NCBI GenBank assembly: GCA_016280445.1
Contig: JAEEGS010000040.1
Location: 53,998-117,997, forward strand
Direction of reading: 5' to 3'
DNA: 64,000 bases
From: Bacteroidaceae bacterium
Lineage (GTDB): Bacteria; Bacteroidota; Bacteroidia; Bacteroidales; Bacteroidaceae
Below the pieces are notes generated by a model that saw only the letters and a list, made by a program, of their open reading frames with translations, was not told where the DNA came from and searched no databases. Below are positions 57,457 to 64,000 of the stretch, one piece after another. Position numbers and translations under genes: made by a program. Every line of letters starts with the position of its first letter. The first letter of the stretch is position 1.

Positions 57457-57888
57457 ATGAAGACTTGGATTGAAATAGACGGTCGTCTCATCGACTTGGA
57501 GGCACATTTGTCGAGAGCCCGCACCATCGTCACGCTGGGCAAGAACTCAGAAGAAGCCTATAACGTGATAGCCTTGGACGACGAGGAACTCGATGTGTTT
57601 CAGTGTCAGTTCACCCGTTCTGGCGAAGGTTGGAAAGTACAGAACGGACAGTGGCGCACCGACTGTCCGAAGGGCATCCACTCCCGTCTACAACACGCCT
57701 GCAGCCTCTGCATGGGATGCTGTGTCAATGTGCACCCTGGGCAACCCACCTACGGATGGCGACTGCCCGAAAAGCCCACCCTCTGCAACGGAACCGAGAT
57801 AGGCACCGAAGGGGTGGACTTGAAAGATGGTGATGTGATAGAAGTGGGGAAGAGACGAATGATAGTAAAATTGAAAAATAAAGGTTAA
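57457..57888 (+). CDS. Small FHA-like protein with a Cys-rich insertion
   Basis: 143 aa with an FHA-like pattern (TIVTLGKNSE..., ...CNGTEIGTEGVDLKDGDVIEVGKRRMIV) interrupted by CPKGIHSRLQHACSLCMGCC. The C-terminal IVKLKNKG-stop is encoded by repeat B2. Confidence 0.5.
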   Translation: MKTWIEIDGRLIDLEAHLSRARTIVTLGKNSEEAYNVIALDDEELDVFQCQFTRSGEGWKVQNGQWRTDCPKGIHSRLQHACSLCMGCCVNVHPGQPTYGWRLPEKPTLCNGTEIGTEGVDLKDGDVIEVGKRRMIVKLKNKG

Positions 57889-57977
57889 AGTTTAAGGGTT
57901 AAAGGTTAAAGACCATGCGGCTTGTATGCATCGCGTTAGCCTTTCTTTAAACTTTAAACTGTAAACTCTAAACTTTA
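57861..57977 (+). repeat. Family B intergenic repeat, copy B2
   Basis: Near-identical to B1, with one extra GGTTAAAG unit and a shorter centre. Its 3' end supplies the last codons and stop of the convergent aminotransferase gene. Confidence 0.85.
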
Positions 57978-59164
57978 TCCCCACTCAACTGCTTAAGCGC
58001 CTGCTCCAGCACACTTCGCTGGGTACCCACATTTAGGCGCATGAAACCCTCACCGCCAGGGCCGAACATCTCGCCGTCGTTGAGAGCGAGGTGCGCCTTG
58101 TTGACGAATAAGTCGATGAGTTCCCTGTGGTTCAAGCCCAAGTCGCGGCAGTCGAGCCACACCAGATAGGAGGCCTGTGGACGCACAGGCTTTATTTTCG
58201 GGATATGCTCACGACAGTAGTCGATGAGGAAGTCAATATTCCCCTCCACATACCGCAACATCTGCTGCCGCCACTCCTCCCCCTGTTGCAAGGCTGCGAT
58301 GGTGGCGATGGGCGCAAACATATTGGGGTCGTTCAGTTCGTTGGCTGCCAGCCACTGGTAGAACGGCTTGCGCAACGCCTCGTTCGGGATGATGCACCAC
58401 GAACTCACGATGCCCGCCATATTGAACGTCTTTGTCGGAGCACCAAACGTGATGCTCACCTCGGCTGCCTCGTCGTTCACCGAAGCAAAAGGAATGTGCT
58501 TGTTGTCCCATAGCGCCATGTCGCAGTGAATCTCGTCGCTGATGACGATGAGATGGTGCTCCTTCGCAAAGTGAGCCAATCGCTGCAACGTCTCCCTGTC
58601 CCACACGAGGCCAGCAGGGTTGTGGGGATTTGCCAAGATGAGCAGACGACACTTCTCGTCGTACACCTGTTCGAGATTCTCGAAGTCCATCTCATAAAAG
58701 ACTCTCTCCCCATTATGGGGGAGGGCTGGGGAGAGGGTCTCCTTCAGCGGATTCCACACCACCTCCCGTTTGTTTCCCCTTGGGGTCAGGTAGAACGGAT
58801 GGTAGATGGGTGGTTGCACAATCACCTTCTCGTCCTCCTTCAGGAAGAAGTTGATAACCATGCCGATGCCCTTCACGATGCCAGGGATGTAGGTCAACCA
58901 TTCACGTTCCACCTTCCATTGGTGGTGCGCCTCTATCCATTGCTGCACCGTTGGCCAATAGTCCTTGGGTTCGACCGTATAGCCGAACAGCGAGTGGTTG
59001 AGCCGTTGTTTCAGGGCATCCGTGATGAAGGAAGGGGTTTCCCAATCCATATCAGCCACCCACAAGGGCACCAAATCACTCCGTCCATATCGTTCCTGAA
59101 GCACCTCATGCTTCAAATCGCCCGACCCACTGCGGTCAACGGGCTTGTCAAAATCGTATCTCAT
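57968..59164 (-). CDS. PLP-dependent C-S lyase / aminotransferase (PatB/MalY family, cystathionine beta-lyase-like)
   Basis: 398 aa class-I aminotransferase fold with the PatB/MalY-typical N-terminus (YDFDKPVDRSGSGDLKH) and APTKTFNMAG (PLP-Lys region). Confidence 0.8.
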   Translation of the reverse strand: MRYDFDKPVDRSGSGDLKHEVLQERYGRSDLVPLWVADMDWETPSFITDALKQRLNHSLFGYTVEPKDYWPTVQQWIEAHHQWKVEREWLTYIPGIVKGIGMVINFFLKEDEKVIVQPPIYHPFYLTPRGNKREVVWNPLKETLSPALPHNGERVFYEMDFENLEQVYDEKCRLLILANPHNPAGLVWDRETLQRLAHFAKEHHLIVISDEIHCDMALWDNKHIPFASVNDEAAEVSITFGAPTKTFNMAGIVSSWCIIPNEALRKPFYQWLAANELNDPNMFAPIATIAALQQGEEWRQQMLRYVEGNIDFLIDYCREHIPKIKPVRPQASYLVWLDCRDLGLNHRELIDLFVNKAHLALNDGEMFGPGGEGFMRLNVGTQRSVLEQALKQLSGDKV

Positions 59165-59310
59165 ATTTCCTTACTTTTTGCAAAGTTACATAATCTCAAA
59201 TAAAAATGCCCCATGCAGTCTTCACAGATTGCAATGGGGCGGACAAAAAACTTCATCAGTATATTTTGAAGTCTTGTGTATGGCTTCTTATCGTTGTGAA
59301 TTCCACCCAA

Positions 59311-60897
59311 CTATCGAACATCAGCCACAATGCGTTCCAAGGCGATGACCAGACGGTCAACCTCTTCTTTGGTGTTATACACAGCAAAGGTGGGACGCAC
59401 GGACATTTCGTAGCCGAGGGCACGGAGGGCAGGTTGGGCACAGTGGTGTCCTGCACGCACGGCTATGCCCTCTTTGTCAAGCAACTGTCCCACCTGAGGG
59501 GCTGGAATACCCGGAATGTCGAGCGAGATGACGCTGACACGTTTCTTGGGGTTGCCCATGATGGTGATGCCTGGGATGCGTGATATTTGCTGTCGAGCAT
59601 ACTCGGTGAGTTCATGCTCGTGGCGTTCGATGTTGTGGATGCCCACACTCTGCACGAAGTCGAGCGCATAGCCCAATCCGATGGCATCGGCAATATTGGG
59701 TGTTCCTGCTTCGAAGCGAGCTGGAGGCACATTGAACTCGGTGCGCTCGAGGGTCACATCCTTGATCATGTTGCCTCCACCTTGCCAGGGTGGGAGCTGT
59801 TCGAGCCATTCCTTCTTTCCATAAACCACACCGATGCCCGAAGGCCCGTAAATCTTGTGGCCAGAGAAGACGAAGAAGTCTGCGTCGAGTTGCTGTACAT
59901 CCACCTTGGTGTGGGCGATGGACTGTGCACCATCGATGAGTACGGGGATGCCGTGGGCGTGAGCAGTGCGGATGATGCTTGCCACGTCGTTGATGGTGCC
60001 AAAAGTATTGTTCACATGACCTACGCTGACGAACTTGGTGCGGGGCGTGATGAGACGCTCCAGTTCGCTGAGGATGAGGTCACCGTTCTTGTCGATAGGG
60101 ATGGCACGGAGTTCTGCCTTACGTTCCTTGCTGATTTGCTGCCAAGGCACGATGTTGGCGTGGTGGTCAAGGGTGGAGACAATCACGTTGTCGCCCTCTT
60201 CCAAGAACTTGCGTCCGAAGGTCTGTGCCACGAGGTTGATGCCCTCGGTGGTGCCGCGCACAAAGAGGATGTTCTCCTTGGATGGGGCATTGATGAAACG
60301 GGCCACCTTCTCTCGTGCACCTTCATACTGGTCGGTGCTTCGTGCTGCCAGCGTGTGTGCGCCACGGTGTATGTTGGAGTAGTCCGTCTTGTAGAAGTGG
60401 CTCACTCCGTCAATGACCCTCAGAGGCTTCTGCGTGGTGGCACCATTGTCGAACCACACGAGGTCGTGCCCGTTCACCTTCTGATGCAGAATGGGGAACT
60501 GCTTGCGAATCTCGTCGGTGTTGACCGTGTCAGCCTCGTCGTAGTGGAGGTGCCGCACGATGTCCGTCTCTGGGATGCCAATGCCGAACCCGTTGTCAGT
60601 TGACAGTTGAGAGTCGAAAGTGGGCAGTTGGGCATCATCCGAATAGGATGCACCAGCAGGAGCAGACTGCCCCGATTGCAAGTCCTCGGCAAAGTACTTC
60701 TCCACCACTTTGCGGAAGAGGCACTGGTCAGCAGAACTCAGCCCACCAATCTGGGGTGCTGCACCCCCTGCCAAGGAAGTGGCGGGAATGGGCAGTGATG
60801 ACAAGTCCAACTCGTCAGGAGCCTCGTTCGGCACAGCCACCTGCGGCACATTACCCCTATCCGGCAAGTCAAAATGGAAATTATCTAATTCGTACAT
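59311..60897 (-). CDS. SufS-type (group II) cysteine desulfurase with a ~125-aa low-complexity N-terminal extension; candidate encapsulin cargo
   Basis: Core motifs HHANIVPWQ, SGHKIYGPSGIGV (PLP-Lys) and RAGHHCAQP (catalytic Cys). The N-terminal 125 aa are rich in P/S/A/G/D/Q, with one amphipathic stretch, CLFRKVVEKYFAEDL. Confidence 0.85.
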   Translation of the reverse strand: MYELDNFHFDLPDRGNVPQVAVPNEAPDELDLSSLPIPATSLAGGAAPQIGGLSSADQCLFRKVVEKYFAEDLQSGQSAPAGASYSDDAQLPTFDSQLSTDNGFGIGIPETDIVRHLHYDEADTVNTDEIRKQFPILHQKVNGHDLVWFDNGATTQKPLRVIDGVSHFYKTDYSNIHRGAHTLAARSTDQYEGAREKVARFINAPSKENILFVRGTTEGINLVAQTFGRKFLEEGDNVIVSTLDHHANIVPWQQISKERKAELRAIPIDKNGDLILSELERLITPRTKFVSVGHVNNTFGTINDVASIIRTAHAHGIPVLIDGAQSIAHTKVDVQQLDADFFVFSGHKIYGPSGIGVVYGKKEWLEQLPPWQGGGNMIKDVTLERTEFNVPPARFEAGTPNIADAIGLGYALDFVQSVGIHNIERHEHELTEYARQQISRIPGITIMGNPKKRVSVISLDIPGIPAPQVGQLLDKEGIAVRAGHHCAQPALRALGYEMSVRPTFAVYNTKEEVDRLVIALERIVADVR

Positions 60898-61008
60898 AAA
60901 GTTTAGAGTTTATAGTTTAAAGTTTAAAGAAAGGCTAACGCAGTGTTGAAAAACAAACCGCATGGTCTTTAACCTTTAACCCTTAAACTTTAACCTTTAT
61001 TTTTCAAT
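60898..61008 (-). repeat. Family B intergenic repeat, copy B3, filling the shell-cargo spacer
   Basis: The reverse complement matches B1/B2 (ATTGAAAAATAAAGGTTAAAGTTTAAGGGTTAAAGGTTAAAGACCATGCGG...CTTTAAACTTTAAACTATAAACTCTAAACTTT). It contains the shell gene stop and abuts the desulfurase ATG. Confidence 0.85.
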
Positions 61009-62436
61009 CTTGTTTCTGTGCTGATAATCGTGATAGTAGCCCACCTCCACATTCTCGAGGACTGCAATCGCATCGTCGGTGAGAGAAGCGAGGCTGAAAT
61101 ACTTGGTGAGCAGATAACTTGCCACGCCATACTGGTCAAGACCCATCAAACGTGCCGAGAGGCTTGGAGCGATTTCGCCAGGGATGCCAGCCTGATGCAG
61201 ACCTACCACACCCTGCTCTTTCTCGCCTACACGCACAAGGATAATCTCAGTGGTGCCCACGCCACGATTGGTCAGGTACTGACCCTTGATTTCCACCTTG
61301 TCAGATGGGATGATAGGCACACCACGCCAAGTGATGACTTTCGTGCCGAAGAGGTCGATAGACACAGGAGGCACACCACGCCAAGTGCACTCACGCTCGA
61401 AAGCAGCGATGGCACGTGGGTTGGCAATGAAGAAAGCAGGCTCTTTCCACACGAGTGACAGGAGTTCGTCGAGGTCGTCAGGTGTAGGCGCACCATAACG
61501 TGTGCTGATTTTGTAGCCTGGAGCCGTCTGAGCCAAGAGTCCGAACTTCTTGTTGTTGATGAGTTCCCACTCCTGACGCTCCTTGATGCTTTCGATGGAG
61601 AGGCGCAACTGCTGTTCGAGCTGGTTGTAGGGAGCGTTGTAGAGGTCACTCACACGGGTGTGTACACGCACCACTGTCTGCAGGGTATTGAGAGAGTACT
61701 CTGTTGGATTCTCCTCATAGTCAATATAGGTCTCTGGGATGACATTATCCTCCTCATGACCGCTCACAAGGTCAATATGCTTCTCACCGTGATCATTCAC
61801 CGTAGCCTTCAGACGCAGGTGCTCATCCACCGCCTTGTTGAACTGCTCGCGGAAGTCAGGAATCTCCTCGATGAGTGACTCCAATACAGGAGTCTCCAAT
61901 GCCAGGAACACAGAATCCGTCACGGCACGTACACTCACCGTAGAGTCTGCCGCACTCAGCAAGTCAGCCTCACCGAAGTACTCACCATCGCCCAAGAGTG
62001 CGATGCGCAGTTCCTCACCATGAGTACCTGTGCTGATGACCTCAGCCTGTCCATTAGCCACGATGAAGAACTTCTGCTTGTCCTTTCCCTGAGTGACGAG
62101 GTTCTTGCCACGAGCCACCTCTACAGGCACGAAATTGCGAGCCAAACGAGCCACAATCTCCTGCTTGATGTTCTGGAAGAGCGGAATGGCACGGAGATTC
62201 TTCGCCGTGAAACTGGGCACGCCATCGAAGTACTGAATCTCGATGCGTTCAGCCTTTTTCAGTTCCACCTTCGTACGGTTCACACGATAGGTGCCACTTT
62301 CCACCTGCTGCCAGGGAAGGAGTTTGAGGAGAAGTCTCGGTGTGATACTGCCCATTTGAGGGGCTGTCTTGGTGGTGTTCGCTAGTTTGCGAGCCGTTGC
62401 AGTCGTGATACTGCGCTGAATGTTGTTGTCTGCCAT
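60997..62436 (-). CDS. Family 2B-type encapsulin shell protein candidate (cNMP-binding-domain insertion plus HK97-like body)
   Basis: 479 aa. Residues ~80-190 form a CAP-type cyclic-nucleotide-binding fold (LFQNI..., GDGEYFGE...VRAVT). The remainder has no enzyme motifs. It lies immediately upstream of an N-terminally extended cysteine desulfurase, which is the hallmark Family 2 arrangement. Confidence 0.7.
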   Translation of the reverse strand: MADNNIQRSITTATARKLANTTKTAPQMGSITPRLLLKLLPWQQVESGTYRVNRTKVELKKAERIEIQYFDGVPSFTAKNLRAIPLFQNIKQEIVARLARNFVPVEVARGKNLVTQGKDKQKFFIVANGQAEVISTGTHGEELRIALLGDGEYFGEADLLSAADSTVSVRAVTDSVFLALETPVLESLIEEIPDFREQFNKAVDEHLRLKATVNDHGEKHIDLVSGHEEDNVIPETYIDYEENPTEYSLNTLQTVVRVHTRVSDLYNAPYNQLEQQLRLSIESIKERQEWELINNKKFGLLAQTAPGYKISTRYGAPTPDDLDELLSLVWKEPAFFIANPRAIAAFERECTWRGVPPVSIDLFGTKVITWRGVPIIPSDKVEIKGQYLTNRGVGTTEIILVRVGEKEQGVVGLHQAGIPGEIAPSLSARLMGLDQYGVASYLLTKYFSLASLTDDAIAVLENVEVGYYHDYQHRNKIEK

Positions 62437-62456
62437 GTTGTTGAATTGTTTTTAGT

Positions 62457-62852
62457 TTATCTTAGTGTAATTTTCTCAGTTACTTCTCCCTCTGCGATGC
62501 GGAAAGCATTGAGCACAGGTTTCTCTTCTGCCAGCGAGAGGATGAAATAGAGGATGTTAGGGTCGTATGCCAAGCGCTTGTCTTCTTCCGAAGGACGGGA
62601 GGGTGAAGCAGGATGGCTGTGCCAGTTGCCCACAATCTTCAAGCCCTGCTGACGGGCATATTTGATGGCGGCAAACTGCTCCTTGGGGTCGAAACTGAAG
62701 TGCTCCTCCGAGTGGTCGATGTTGGTCATCGGGAAGTTCTCCGTAGCCGTTTCCTTGTCGGGACCCAGCAGATAACCGCACGACTCCACAGGGGCATCCT
62801 TCTGTGCTTGCGCCAAGATGGACTGATATGCCGATTCCGTGATAGTGACCAT
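62457..62852 (-). CDS. JAMM/MPN+ metalloprotease (Mov34 family; Mec+/QbsD-like)
   Basis: 131 aa with the JAMM motif HSHPASPSRPSEED (HxHx7SxxD) and an upstream Glu (VESCGYLLG). Its start overlaps the TusA stop by 1 nt (TAATG). Confidence 0.85.
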   Translation of the reverse strand: MVTITESAYQSILAQAQKDAPVESCGYLLGPDKETATENFPMTNIDHSEEHFSFDPKEQFAAIKYARQQGLKIVGNWHSHPASPSRPSEEDKRLAYDPNILYFILSLAEEKPVLNAFRIAEGEVTEKITLR

Positions 62853-63076
62853 TACTTTTGTATTGTTACTTTGTGAACATTTCCTTCCACGTGTTCCACG
62901 GAGAGGACGTTGTAGCCCTGTTCCTTCGCCGAACGAGGCACATTCTCCAAAGGTTCCCCTTCAGTCAGGAGCACTTCAAGTGTGTCACCTGCTGCTATCT
63001 GCGCCAATTTGAGTTTGGTCTTTACGAAGGTCATGGGGCAATGTTCCTTCGTGATGTCAAGTGTATGTATAGCCAT
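62852..63076 (-). CDS. TusA/SirA-family sulfurtransferase
   Basis: 74 aa with the conserved Cys motif LDITKEHCPMTFVKTK. Confidence 0.85.
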   Translation of the reverse strand: MAIHTLDITKEHCPMTFVKTKLKLAQIAAGDTLEVLLTEGEPLENVPRSAKEQGYNVLSVEHVEGNVHKVTIQK

Positions 63077-63091
63077 AATGAAAGTGAAAAA

Positions 63092-63571
63092 TTAAATAAA
63101 CAAAGTCTGTCCTCCCTCGCTGAGGTTCAGGAATGAGGCTACACCGAGCACATCCTTCACTTCGGGGATGAAATCTGTCTTTTCCAAACCGAGCACGTGC
63201 ATCGCCATCTCGCAGGCATAGAGGTTCACACCCAATGCATTGGCTGCATCGACGAGTTCTTCGAGGGTAGCCACGTTGTTCTTACGCATCAAGGAGCGGA
63301 AGATTTGAGGGCCAATGCCAGCGAAGTTGAAGCGGCTGTTGGGGGCGACACTCAGTCCACCCATCATGAAACCAAAGAGTTTCGTGAGCCAGTTGCCACC
63401 CGTGAAACTGCGTCCACGCTTCTGCTTGATGGCATCCAAACCCCAGAAGGTGAAGAAGATGTTGACCTCGTAACCCACAGCAGCAGCACCTGTTGCCAGC
63501 GTGAAAACTGCTGTCAGTTTATCGAAGTCGCCAGAGAAGGCGATGAGTGAGAGTTTCTTTTGTTCTGCCAT
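63092..63571 (-). CDS. DsrE/DsrF-like sulfur-relay family protein
   Basis: ~159 aa (start set at MAEQKKLSLIAFSG). DsrE-like Rossmann pattern with the conserved Cys in LYACEMAM. Confidence 0.7.
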   Translation of the reverse strand: MAEQKKLSLIAFSGDFDKLTAVFTLATGAAAVGYEVNIFFTFWGLDAIKQKRGRSFTGGNWLTKLFGFMMGGLSVAPNSRFNFAGIGPQIFRSLMRKNNVATLEELVDAANALGVNLYACEMAMHVLGLEKTDFIPEVKDVLGVASFLNLSEGGQTLFI

Positions 63572-63578
63572 ATTCTTT

Positions 63579-64000
63579 TTATTTGTGTAGGTCGCAAGCA
63601 GCCTGTTCGTAATCAATGAGTTCTGTGATGGTTGGATTCGTGCCACAGATGGGGCATCGGTCTGTCTTCTTCACATTGATCTTGCGGAAGTCCATCGTCT
63701 TGGCATTGAAGGTGAGCAACTTGTTGGTGAGCAGTTCGCCCACACCTGTCAGGTACTTCAACGTTTCTGCTGCCTGAATCGTGCCCAACATACCTGCAAT
63801 GGCTCCCAACACACCTGCCTGACTGCACGTAGGCACGGCTCCTGGTGGGGGTGGTGTCTTAAACATACAACGGTAACAAGCTGTTCCTGGCACATGGGTG
63901 AAGGTTTGTCCCTCAAAACGGAGGATGCCACCATGACTGAAAGGTTTGCCTGCCATCACACAGGCATCGTTGATGAGGAACTTCACAGGGAAGTTATCGG
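63579..64000 (-). CDS. ThiF/MoeB-type E1-like adenylyltransferase, C-terminal part (the gene continues beyond the window)
   Basis: ...LINDACVMAGKPFSHGG..., with zinc-binding CxxC pairs (CYRC, CPIC) as in MoeB/ThiF. The frame is open to the window edge. Confidence 0.8.
   Translation of the reverse strand, partial: DNFPVKFLINDACVMAGKPFSHGGILRFEGQTFTHVPGTACYRCMFKTPPPPGAVPTCSQAGVLGAIAGMLGTIQAAETLKYLTGVGELLTNKLLTFNAKTMDFRKINVKKTDRCPICGTNPTITELIDYEQAACDLHK

Noticed and set aside
57344-61008. Family B repeats as integron attC sites (an imperfect palindrome following each ORF)
   Set aside because: There is no IntI-type tyrosine integrase or attI in the window. The ends do not fit the RYYYAAC / GTTRRRY core sites, and the copies are scattered in both orientations among core genes.

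Overview
This is a 64-kb chromosomal segment that looks like a Bacteroidota genome, probably Prevotella-like. The evidence is recurrent TAnnTTTG -7 promoter boxes, lipoprotein and T9SS-type signals, and the GH13/GH43/GH53 gene content. About 52 CDSs are supported.

Most of the window is housekeeping: M16 peptidase, PfkB kinase, DEAD-box helicase, PfkA, RibD, RuvB, DprA, RdgB, PutA, GroES/GroEL, three FKBP isomerases, an MsbA-like ABC exporter and a DUF2723 membrane protein. I saw no rRNA, tRNA or CRISPR array.

The more unusual loci are:
1. 57.9-64.0 kb, minus strand: a tight operon of ThiF/MoeB-like E1 (partial), DsrE-like, TusA-like and JAMM/MPN genes, a Family-2B-type encapsulin shell gene carrying a cNMP-binding domain, and an N-terminally extended SufS-type cysteine desulfurase, followed by a PatB/MalY C-S lyase. 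I read this as an encapsulated desulfurase wired to a sulfur-relay and ubiquitin-like sulfur-carrier toolkit. This is the best candidate for a novel system.
2. 37.6-42.2 kb: an AT-rich islet with a promoter-driven, roughly 320-nt structured non-coding region closed by an 11-bp 5'/3' helix. It sits just upstream of a small serine recombinase, and is followed by a zinc-ribbon/WG-repeat protein and an enlarged HUH-Y1 (RAYT/IS200-like) transposase homologue.
3. Two families of roughly 100-bp intergenic palindromic repeats. Family A has 3 copies plus a variant. Family B has 4 copies that supply stop codons and abut start codons, including the shell-cargo spacer of the encapsulin operon.
4. 7.9-12.7 kb: a STAS / RsbW-like kinase / SpoIIE-PP2C partner-switching module interleaved with glgX.
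5. About 17.4-18.0 kb: a DnaA-box cluster with adjacent 9-bp iterons.
6. 48-57 kb: an arabinan/galactan-degrading gene set containing a 103-bp convergent gene overlap.

All family calls come from motif recognition by eye; no searches were run.
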